This document shows positions 55,971-64,000 of a DNA stretch of 64,000 nucleotides, one piece after another. The stretch is from assembly GCA_027002475.1 (NCBI GenBank), contig JALWZS010000030.1:54827-118826 (forward strand). Direction: 5' to 3'. Both the position numbers and the translations under genes were made by a program. Numbering within the stretch: the stretch's first letter is position 1; each line of letters starts with the position of its first letter. Below the pieces are notes generated by a model. The model did no database searches. It saw only the letters and a list, made by a program, of their open reading frames with translations, and was not told the DNA's origin. The DNA comes from a bacterium (GTDB lineage Bacteria > Patescibacteriota > 4484-211 > GCA-002791395).

Positions 55971-56105
55971 GTTAGGGGTTAGAGAGTTATAGGGTTGGAG
56001 GGTTACAGAGTTAGAGAGTTGGAGAGTTAAAGAGTTAGAGGGGTGAAGAGTTGAAGAGTGGGAGAGTTCAAGAGCTAGAGAGTTGTAGAGTTGGAGGGTT
56101 TAAGG
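55971..56105 (+). repeat. Degenerate 8-bp tandem repeat (GTTRRAGR, about 17 units)
   Basis: gttagaga gttatagg gttggagg gttacaga gttagaga gttggaga ... Confidence 0.9.
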
Positions 56106-56993
56106 GGTGGTTAGGTAGCCTGATGCGAATTGTTTCCATGAAATAGGAGACTTGCCTTCTAGCTGTAGCTTATTGATCTGCAGTGTATCGTTTAATAACT
56201 GTGAGTTTAGTAGCAAGACTCTTTTTTCTTGCCATTTTGACGGGACATTTTGGTTTGGGCTAAAGTACTTTACTAGCTCGGATAGATACGCCCAAGCAAT
56301 AGGCTTAGGATAAAAGGCTCTGATTTTCCTGTCTATGACCTTAATATCTTCACTAAAGTCTATGTGCGCGTCGTCTTTTTTTATACTTTTTGTGTAGGAA
56401 GCTTCACCTACTTGCTCTTTTTCTATCAAATTATCGTTTGCAAGTTCGTCTAGTGCTTCAAGAAACATAGTTATCCCAAGTGGGAAGGCTTTTTGTGCTA
56501 AATTATAGGTTGTGTCGGTTAGCGCTATACTGAAAGATACTTGTTTTATGATTGGACCAGTATCGAACTTTTCGTTAATTTTCATCAAAGTAACTCCGGT
56601 TTCGGTTAGACCGTCAAGTATGGCTTGTTGCATAGGGCTAACTCCACGGTATTTTGGAAGGAGTGATGGGTGTATGTTAAAGGTCCCGTGTCTTGGCGCT
56701 TCATACACAGATTTTGGTATTAGGTAGCCAAATGATGCAACTAGACCGACGTCAGGATTTAAGGACTTTAGGTATTCTTCTTGTTCAAGTAGTTCCTGTT
56801 TAGACGAGATGTTAATCGTGGTTAGTTCATTTTCCATAGCAATTTCAAAAGGTGAAGTATATGCAAATGGCATACTTGCTTTAGACTTGTTTGTTATAAC
56901 CGCTGCGATTTCATGCTTGTCACCCAGTTGCTTGATTAGGCTGTGCATAGCCAAACTTGAATAGTAGTCTGTTCCGAAAAATACAATTTTCAT
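56100..56993 (-). CDS. fmt: Methionyl-tRNA formyltransferase
   Basis: KIVFFGT, NIHPSLLPKYRG..P, D.GPI. Confidence 0.95.
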   Translation of the reverse strand: MKIVFFGTDYYSSLAMHSLIKQLGDKHEIAAVITNKSKASMPFAYTSPFEIAMENELTTINISSKQELLEQEEYLKSLNPDVGLVASFGYLIPKSVYEAPRHGTFNIHPSLLPKYRGVSPMQQAILDGLTETGVTLMKINEKFDTGPIIKQVSFSIALTDTTYNLAQKAFPLGITMFLEALDELANDNLIEKEQVGEASYTKSIKKDDAHIDFSEDIKVIDRKIRAFYPKPIAWAYLSELVKYFSPNQNVPSKWQEKRVLLLNSQLLNDTLQINKLQLEGKSPISWKQFASGYLTTP

Positions 56994-56994
56994 T

Positions 56995-58062
56995 TTAGCT
57001 TTGCGGTATCTGAACTTTATTAAGCAGAGAGATTTGTTCTAACGATATTCCACATCCGCGTGCAACTGTGGTTAATGGGTCTTTGTCTATAAATACCGGC
57101 ATTTGAGTTTCGTTGGCAATTCTTTTATCAAGCCGTCTAATTAAAGCTCCGCCACCAGTTAGAACTATTCCTTGAGAGTAAAGGTCGGATATTATTTCTG
57201 GAGGGGTTTCTTCAACCGTGTCTTTAATGTTGTCGACAATAAGTGAAATTGCAGGGTTTAATGCTTCATAAAGATCGTTTTCTGATATAGTTATCTCGCG
57301 CGGTAAGCCCGTTCTTAAGTCGCGACCTCTGATCGTTGCGGTTTCTGGCTCGCTTTCGGTATTAGGCAGTGCAGAGCCAATTTGTATCTTAACCTTTTCG
57401 GCTGTTCGCTCTCCAATTATTAAGTTGTGACGTTGCTTAACCCAATCAACAATGGCCTTGTCCATCTCGTCACCTGCAACACGAATTGATCTGCTAACAA
57501 CTATTCCGCCAAGACTAATAACTGCCATCTCTGATGTGCCACCACCAATATCTACAACCATACTTCCAGATGCTTCTTCAACTGGAAGCCCTGCGCCAAT
57601 CGCTGCTGCCATTGGTTCTTCAATTAAATAAACTTTTCTTGCGCCGCTTCTTCTTGCTGCGTCAATGACTGCTTTTCTCTCAACCTCGGTTATCCCAGAA
57701 GGGATTCCAACAGTCATTCTAGGGCGTGGAATTTTATAGCTAAACGGTTTTCTGGTTTTGTGTACCTTTTTAATAAAATAAGAGAGCATTGCTTCTGTTG
57801 CATCAAAGTCAGAAATGACACCGTCTCTTAGGGGACGAAGAGCAATAATGTTTGCTGGAGTTTTACCAATCATCTTTTGCGCATCCGTTCCGACTGATAA
57901 AACGTCTTTGGTTTTTTTATGTATTGCTACAGTTGAGGGCTCGCGTATTACAATGCCTTTTCCTAGTACAAAAACTAACGTGTTGGCGGTCCCTAAATCT
58001 ATACCAATATCATGTGTGAAATATTGCCAAATGTTGTCGATTAAAGAATTGTTACTGCTCAT
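56995..58062 (-). CDS. mreB: MreB (copy 2)
   Basis: DIGIDLGTANT, EEPMAAAIGAG, VDIGGGT. Confidence 0.95.
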   Translation of the reverse strand: MSSNNSLIDNIWQYFTHDIGIDLGTANTLVFVLGKGIVIREPSTVAIHKKTKDVLSVGTDAQKMIGKTPANIIALRPLRDGVISDFDATEAMLSYFIKKVHKTRKPFSYKIPRPRMTVGIPSGITEVERKAVIDAARRSGARKVYLIEEPMAAAIGAGLPVEEASGSMVVDIGGGTSEMAVISLGGIVVSRSIRVAGDEMDKAIVDWVKQRHNLIIGERTAEKVKIQIGSALPNTESEPETATIRGRDLRTGLPREITISENDLYEALNPAISLIVDNIKDTVEETPPEIISDLYSQGIVLTGGGALIRRLDKRIANETQMPVFIDKDPLTTVARGCGISLEQISLLNKVQIPQS

Positions 58063-58133
58063 GAATATCAAAATGATTATACAGCACTATCTTTATCTAT
58101 TTTTATTTTGGGATGACTATATAATGATGGTGC

Positions 58134-58922
58134 ATGCTCAGAAGATACATAATTTTACTATTTATCAGCTTAGTCCTTATAACCTCTGATAGAGTGATTG
58201 GGTTTGGCTCTGTAAAGACTGTACTACAGGTGCCATTAATGCCAATTAGCTATGGTTTATATAGCGTAGGCTACACTGTTGATGGTTTGGTTAAGTTTAT
58301 CGTCAGTCTCCCTAGTGTTTATCAAGAGAACTTAAAGATGCAGGACAAAATTAAAAGTTTAGAGGAATCTCTAGTGCGTTATGACGACTTGGTAGAGGAA
58401 AATAAAGCCTTAAGGCAGCAGCTAAATATTGCTGGAGAACGCAGCGGTCAAAAAGTGATGGCAAGTGTGGTTGGCATTGATGATAGTAACGGGGCAATTT
58501 TTATACTTATAAACAAAGGAGCTCGTGACGGGTTGAAAGAAGATATGATTGTTGTTCTTGGCAAGTCTCTTGTTGGGCGAATTACTAAAGTTAATAGAGT
58601 TAGTTCTTACGTTTTGCCAATCATCTCAACACAAAGCAAGGTTCCGGTTAAGGTGTTAACTGGTGGCGATGATGTTGTTAAAGGACTTTTGGTTGGTGAA
58701 CTAAATAAAAACATTGTGTTAACAGAAGTACTCCAAAAAGACGAAATTCATACTGGGGATTTAATTGTTGTGAGCGGTGAAGGCGGTATCTATCCTACAG
58801 GATTGTTGGTCGGCAGGGTCGGAGAGATTACTTCTAAGGATAATGAGCTTTTTAAAAAGGCTACAGTAGAACCCGTATGGGTGCTAGAAGACCTAAGGAC
58901 AGTCTTTATTGATATTAAATGA
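58134..58922 (+). CDS. mreC: Rod shape protein MreC
   Basis: TM, coiled coil EN..LR..L, INKG...G, SG.GG.YP.GL. Confidence 0.9.
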   Translation: MLRRYIILLFISLVLITSDRVIGFGSVKTVLQVPLMPISYGLYSVGYTVDGLVKFIVSLPSVYQENLKMQDKIKSLEESLVRYDDLVEENKALRQQLNIAGERSGQKVMASVVGIDDSNGAIFILINKGARDGLKEDMIVVLGKSLVGRITKVNRVSSYVLPIISTQSKVPVKVLTGGDDVVKGLLVGELNKNIVLTEVLQKDEIHTGDLIVVSGEGGIYPTGLLVGRVGEITSKDNELFKKATVEPVWVLEDLRTVFIDIK

Positions 58923-58923
58923 T

Positions 58924-59277
58924 ATGAAGCAATACATTTTACTATTACTATTAATTCTTATTAGTGTAGCTCAAGTGGCATGGGGTAGCTTTATGGTTGT
59001 GTTTGGCATAGTTGTGCCGATACTGCCAATTTATGTTTGGTGGATTTACCTTGTTCATAAGCCCAATATGGCAATGTGGTTTGCGTTTATTGGCGGTTTG
59101 GTTGTGGATCTGCTGTCGGCTTCGAGTTTAGGGTTTCACGCGTTTGTACTCCTTCTAGCGTTAGGTGTTGTAATTCTTTTTAATAGCAGGATTGCGAAAG
59201 ACAGTTTTATCGCAAACGTGATTACACTCCTTATAATCGTTGCAATTTATATAGCAGTTCCTTTTTACTTAGGCTAA
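58924..59277 (+). CDS. mreD: MreD-like membrane protein
   Basis: Hydrophobic, GL..DL....LG; between mreC and mrdA. Confidence 0.75.
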   Translation: MKQYILLLLLILISVAQVAWGSFMVVFGIVVPILPIYVWWIYLVHKPNMAMWFAFIGGLVVDLLSASSLGFHAFVLLLALGVVILFNSRIAKDSFIANVITLLIIVAIYIAVPFYLG

Positions 59278-59286
59278 CTATAAATT

Positions 59287-61266
59287 ATGAAAAGTCGTTT
59301 ATTTTATACGGATAACATTAGGCAAGTAGAGCATAAACAGTATGGTAGCGATAAACATGTTGGGCTTGATAGATTTAGTCGCTGGCAAGAAGGAATATCG
59401 GGTCTAAAAGCTGCATTTGATAGTGACAAGTTTGATAGTAGTTGGAGGTTTGCGGTATTTGGGATTGTTTTGCTTGTTGGCATATTAATCCTTGTTGGTC
59501 GGTTGTTTACGCTCCAGATTGTTAGAGGTAGAGAGTACTTTACTAAGTCGGAGCGTAATCGAGTCTTAGTAAAAATGCTTACCCCAGATCGTGGCGTGAT
59601 TTACGATCGTAACGGTGTGATTTTGGCAAGAAACGCACCAGCATTTTCTGTTGGAGTGGTTTACTCTAAGCTGCTTGAGGGTGATATTGAAGATACGAAA
59701 AAAATGCTTAAAGACACTTTGGATATAAGCGATGAAGAGTTGGAGGCTTCTCTTAGTTATGCAAGTGCGCGACCAAATACAGAAACCATAATCAAGAAAT
59801 ACATAACCTATGACCAGCAGCTGGTTCTAAAGGTAAAATCATTTGAATATCCAGGTGTATTTGTTGTTGAAGATAAGGCAAGACAGTACCCATTGGGTAA
59901 ATACTTTTCTGCAATATTGGGGTATACAGGTGAGATTAGTCCAGAGGAGCTTTCTGAAAAAGATCCTCAAAAATACACTCTAAAAAGTTACACAGGTAAG
60001 GACGGTATTGAGCAACAATACGAAAACTACCTCTCAGGCGTTCTTGGGCAAGAGGTGATAGAGATTGAAGCAAACGGAAAAGCCATCAGTAAGTCGGTAC
60101 TAAAAGCCCCAGTTGCAGGACAAGATATAACCTTAACAATTGACGCCAATGTTCAAGAGTTTATTGGTCAGTTACTGGAAAAATCAATAAAAGAATACGA
60201 TGCTACTGGCGGAAGCATGATAATAATGTCGCCAAGCACAGGTGAAGTGCTTGCAATGGTTTCCTTACCAACATATGACAACAACGTCTTTGTTACCAAA
60301 GACGCTGATAGCGTAGTGAAGGTTTTAACTGATCCCCGTGGTCTTTTGCTTAATAGGTCAATTGGTGGATTATATGCGCCTGGTTCTATAGTAAAAATGG
60401 CAATAGGGGCGGAGGCTCTTCAGGAAGGTTTAATAACGGCTGATACGAAAATATCAGGGAAACCACAAGTAATAAGAGTTGGTGCATGGGAGTTCCCGGA
60501 CTGGACGTATTCATGGGGTAGGGCACCGTATGGTTTAATGACTGTTTCAGATGCAATCTCTGTAAGTTCAGATACCTTCTTTTATAAACTTGGTGGAGGA
60601 TATCCACCTCAGTGTGGTGAAGGAAGTGTGCCTTGTGATGTTAAAGGACTTGGGGTTAATGGTGTAGTTAAAGCTCTTCAGGAGTTTGGTTTTGGCTTCC
60701 AAACAGGCATAGATTTGCCTGGAGAAGCAAGTGGTTTGGTACCTAATCCTGCGTGGAAACTTGAAACTAGAAAAGAGGAATGGTTCTTAGGGAATACATA
60801 CCACCTTAGTATCGGGCAAGGTGATTTATTAGCAACTCCAATTCAAGCAATAAATTTGAGTAATACTATTGCTACAGATTCAAAAACTATTCGTCCACAT
60901 TTGATAAAAGATAAAGCTATCGTAAAAAGGGAAGGGTACAATAAAGGCGTAGATAAGCCCGTTTACCTTGAAAACCTGCATGCTGTTCGTGAAGGTATGG
61001 TTAAAGCTACGTCCGTTGGGATTGTGTATCCCCTTAGAAACGTAGCCGTTAAAGTCGCTGCAAAGACAGGAACCGCAGAGTTTGGAAGTCTTAATGCAAA
61101 GGGAGAGTACGATACTCACGCTTGGGTTACTGGTTTTGCGCCAGTAGAAAATCCACAGGTTAGTTTTGTTGTGATGTTGGAATCTGGCGGTAAATCTTCG
61201 AATGCTGCTAGGGTGGCTGCAGAGTTTATTAATTGGTATTTTGACTCTTACTTAAAGGAACAGTAA
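59287..61266 (+). CDS. mrdA: Penicillin-binding protein 2
   Basis: RG.IYDRNG, PGSIVK (SxxK), SSD, KTGTAE. Confidence 0.93.
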   Translation: MKSRLFYTDNIRQVEHKQYGSDKHVGLDRFSRWQEGISGLKAAFDSDKFDSSWRFAVFGIVLLVGILILVGRLFTLQIVRGREYFTKSERNRVLVKMLTPDRGVIYDRNGVILARNAPAFSVGVVYSKLLEGDIEDTKKMLKDTLDISDEELEASLSYASARPNTETIIKKYITYDQQLVLKVKSFEYPGVFVVEDKARQYPLGKYFSAILGYTGEISPEELSEKDPQKYTLKSYTGKDGIEQQYENYLSGVLGQEVIEIEANGKAISKSVLKAPVAGQDITLTIDANVQEFIGQLLEKSIKEYDATGGSMIIMSPSTGEVLAMVSLPTYDNNVFVTKDADSVVKVLTDPRGLLLNRSIGGLYAPGSIVKMAIGAEALQEGLITADTKISGKPQVIRVGAWEFPDWTYSWGRAPYGLMTVSDAISVSSDTFFYKLGGGYPPQCGEGSVPCDVKGLGVNGVVKALQEFGFGFQTGIDLPGEASGLVPNPAWKLETRKEEWFLGNTYHLSIGQGDLLATPIQAINLSNTIATDSKTIRPHLIKDKAIVKREGYNKGVDKPVYLENLHAVREGMVKATSVGIVYPLRNVAVKVAAKTGTAEFGSLNAKGEYDTHAWVTGFAPVENPQVSFVVMLESGGKSSNAARVAAEFINWYFDSYLKEQ

Positions 61267-61289
61267 AATACTTTTTAGGTACGCATCCG

Positions 61290-62381
61290 ATGAAAACTAA
61301 GCAGTCCGTAGATAACTTATTTAAACTATTAACCCTACACAATGTTAAAGGGCTTGGTGACAGGACATTATTTAAGCTTTTTGAAACTACAAGTAATCTA
61401 GATTCTTTACTAGAAAAAGTTGAGAGTGGGGATTTGGGGATTGGCGGGAAAAAGCTAGAACTGATACTGCCCAGTAGAAGCGAAATCTTGAAGATGATTG
61501 GTGTAATTGATCGGTTAAACGTGAAAGTCATTCCGTCTTTTTCTAAAGATTACCCTTCACAGTTGAAGCATTTGTATGATCCGCCGCCAGTTCTTTATGT
61601 GAGAGGGGCGTTTAATTTTAGTTTTGAGACGTCGCTTTCTGTTGTAGGCACACGTGCATACTCAAGCTATGGAAACAGTGTTCTTAAAACACTATTGCCT
61701 GATGTGATTAGCTCTGGTATTACCGTCATTTCTGGAATGGCAATGGGTATTGACGCATTAGCGCATTGGATTGCATTAGAGACTGAAGGTTTTACTGTTG
61801 CTGTTATGGGAAGTGGCATAGACATAGTTGCCCCAAGACAAAACGCCCAACTTTACGAAGAGATTGTAGATAAAGGTTGTGTAATTTCGGAGTTCCCAAT
61901 TGGGACTGAACCTACACGCTATACTTTCCCACAACGTAATAGAATAGTCGCAGCACTTGCTAAAAGCGTTTTAATTGTTGAGGCTCCTGCAAAATCGGGT
62001 GCGCTAATTACTGCAGAATATGCTGCCGACATAGGAAGGGACATCTTAGCGGTTCCAGGGAGTATTTTAAGTAGTTCGTCGCAAGGCACTAACAAGCTAA
62101 TTGCTTCTGGAGCAAGGCCTGTACTAAGTGTAGACGACTTGTTGGATTCGTTTGGATTGGTCCGTGGGCAATTAAATGTTTTAAGCGAGAATTATGAAGA
62201 GTTGGGGAGTATGGAAAAGACGATTTTAGAACATATAGGTAGTGCGACTGTTAGTATAGATGACATTGTTCAATCGCTTAAGGATCATGGTTATGATGAA
62301 ATAATAAATGCTATTTCGACTTTAGAAATTGCTGGAGTGTTAACCAGAGTATCTGGAGATGTGTTGATGGTCTCTCGCTAA
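61290..62381 (+). CDS. dprA: DNA-processing protein DprA
   Basis: VVGTR..S.YG, SGMA.GID, FPQRNRI, SGALITA. Confidence 0.95.
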   Translation: MKTKQSVDNLFKLLTLHNVKGLGDRTLFKLFETTSNLDSLLEKVESGDLGIGGKKLELILPSRSEILKMIGVIDRLNVKVIPSFSKDYPSQLKHLYDPPPVLYVRGAFNFSFETSLSVVGTRAYSSYGNSVLKTLLPDVISSGITVISGMAMGIDALAHWIALETEGFTVAVMGSGIDIVAPRQNAQLYEEIVDKGCVISEFPIGTEPTRYTFPQRNRIVAALAKSVLIVEAPAKSGALITAEYAADIGRDILAVPGSILSSSSQGTNKLIASGARPVLSVDDLLDSFGLVRGQLNVLSENYEELGSMEKTILEHIGSATVSIDDIVQSLKDHGYDEIINAISTLEIAGVLTRVSGDVLMVSR

Positions 62382-63472
62382 AAGAAGCGTCCAACATCAT
62401 AGATACTAATAATTACAATTAGTACCATTAAGATAATAAAACCAGCAACATGTATCCAACCTTCGTATTTTGGCAAAACCTTTTTACCTGTGATACCTTC
62501 AATAACAACAAATACTAGTCGTCCACCATCTAATGCGGGGAAGGGGAGTATGTTAACAATTGCAAGGTTAATAGAAATTAATGCAAGAAGTTGGAGATAA
62601 GGGAATATCCCCTCACGTGCAGCATCACTGGTGATTTTTGCTACGCCTATTGGTCCAGCAATATCAGTTGGTACGTGTCCTTGCGTAAGTTGTTTTAGCA
62701 TGTCGCCAAAGCCAATTAGAATTGCTTTGGCAAGTTCATAGGATGTAACTATGCTTTCGCCTGGAATTTGCCACCATTTGAGTTTAACGTAGTCAACGGT
62801 ATATGTTGTTTGAATCTCAATCCCAATAGAACCTTGTCCCTCTGGGGGATTCGCGCGTGCAAGTACTGTTTTTTCTTCACGAGTTTTGTCGTCATTTAGG
62901 TCTTTTTGTATTAACAAATCGATTTTTTCTCCTTTATGCTCATCTATAAAGTTAATAAAATCGTCTTGCTCTTTCATGTAGTTAAACTCTTTTTGCTGTG
63001 GTGTTTTAAATGCAATAATGTACGTGTCTGGTTCTAACTTAGCCTCTTGAGCAGGCGAGTTGGGTGCTACATCATTGATTTTGACTATGAAGTTAACGTC
63101 AGGTTTGCCAAGTCCAATAAAGACAATTGCAATTACAACAACTGCGAGCAAGTAATTCATAATGATTCCTGCGGTTAAAACGAAACTTCTGACTAAAGGA
63201 GATTTGTAACTAAATGCCCTTTTCTTTTCTTCTTCAGATAATTCTTCTTCCAGTTCGTTCTCACCAAGTAAACGGACAAAGCCGCCAATTGGGAGTATGC
63301 GAATGGTGTATTCAGTTTCGCCATCGTTAAAAAGGGTAATCAGCTTTGGTCCCATGCCAATGGCAAATTCATCTACTCTAATGCCAGACCATTTAGCAGC
63401 AATAAAATGTCCAAATTCATGGACAAATACAAGAATGGATAATGTGATTATTAGTACGATTACAGTAAACAT
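62378..63472 (-). CDS. rseP: RIP metalloprotease RseP (M50)
   Basis: HEFGH, P.GGFV, PDZ, NILPFPALDGG. Confidence 0.93.
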   Translation of the reverse strand: MFTVIVLIITLSILVFVHEFGHFIAAKWSGIRVDEFAIGMGPKLITLFNDGETEYTIRILPIGGFVRLLGENELEEELSEEEKKRAFSYKSPLVRSFVLTAGIIMNYLLAVVVIAIVFIGLGKPDVNFIVKINDVAPNSPAQEAKLEPDTYIIAFKTPQQKEFNYMKEQDDFINFIDEHKGEKIDLLIQKDLNDDKTREEKTVLARANPPEGQGSIGIEIQTTYTVDYVKLKWWQIPGESIVTSYELAKAILIGFGDMLKQLTQGHVPTDIAGPIGVAKITSDAAREGIFPYLQLLALISINLAIVNILPFPALDGGRLVFVVIEGITGKKVLPKYEGWIHVAGFIILMVLIVIISIYDVGRFF

Positions 63473-63521
63473 ATTTTCTGCCAGATGCCATTATACGTGG
63501 GAGACCTTTTGGAAGCAAAGG

Positions 63522-64000
63522 TTAAACTGACATAATTGCAGCAACCTTTTTTTCTTTTAGCTCGTTAATCTTTTTATTGTACTCATCGACTAAGTCTTGA
63601 ACCTCTTGGCGTGCGCTGTCTCGTTCGTCTTCTGAAATTTTTCCATCCTCTTCTAATCCATCGATTGCCTTCATCTTTTCTTGGCGGATGTTTCTTATAG
63701 CAATTCGTGCTTCTTCTGCTAGTTGCCCAACTGTTTTTGCGTATTGTTGCCGCCTTTCTTCAGAGAGCGCTGGCATGGTTATACGAATGTTCGTTCCGTC
63801 AACTGCTGGAGATACGCCAAGATTAGACTGAGATATAGCAGATTCTATTGCATCAACAATGCTTTGATCCCAAGGTTGAATAAGGATAACGTTAGGTTCG
63901 GGAGAAGAAATAGCAGCGACCTCTTTTAATGGATATGTTCCTTCGTAGGCACTTACTTCGATATCTTCGACTAGACTCGGTGAGGCTTGGGAAGAACGGA
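63522..64000 (-). CDS. frr: Ribosome recycling factor, 5'-partial
   Basis: Frame open to the window edge: RSSQASPSLVE...IQPWD...PALSEERR...RIAIRNIR. Confidence 0.93.
   Translation of the reverse strand, partial: RSSQASPSLVEDIEVSAYEGTYPLKEVAAISSPEPNVILIQPWDQSIVDAIESAISQSNLGVSPAVDGTNIRITMPALSEERRQQYAKTVGQLAEEARIAIRNIRQEKMKAIDGLEEDGKISEDERDSARQEVQDLVDEYNKKINELKEKKVAAIMSV

Noticed and set aside
50541-56105. Possible CRISPR array among the repeats
   Set aside because: No constant repeat with unique regular spacers and no cas genes
675-63929. Many short antisense or nested ORFs in the track
   Set aside because: They lie within well-supported genes and show no recognisable motifs

Overview
Gene-dense bacterial chromosomal segment (genetic code 11) that most likely comes from a Patescibacteria/CPR organism. 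The clues are a giant tail-fibre-like surface protein, a PEGA protein, a VirB4/TrwB-like ATPase, TrmB paralogues, a split comEC and the near-absence of Shine-Dalgarno sites. Core content: znuABC, sodA, leuS, comEA/comEC, ndk, two mreB, mreCD-mrdA-dprA, glgA/GH57/GT4 cluster, secE-nusG-rplK-rplJ-rplL (no rplA), rpmG, archaeal-type tyrS, SAM-I riboswitch-metK, fmt, rseP, partial frr and seven tRNAs. Most notable: (1) a GC-richer two-gene unit at 15.6-17.1 kb with a perfect sigma70 promoter, a boxA-like motif, shared strong SD leaders and related terminators, inside a duplicated TrmB/methyltransferase region; (2) a nested hairpin-array element attached to the 3' end of both tRNA-Thr genes, one copy followed by a small GIY-YIG nuclease; (3) an archaeal-type TyrRS with a C1-G72 tRNA-Tyr; (4) pervasive leaderless-type gene starts. 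No CRISPR array, rRNA, integrase, transposase or reverse transcriptase was seen. All calls come from motif recognition by eye; no searches were run.
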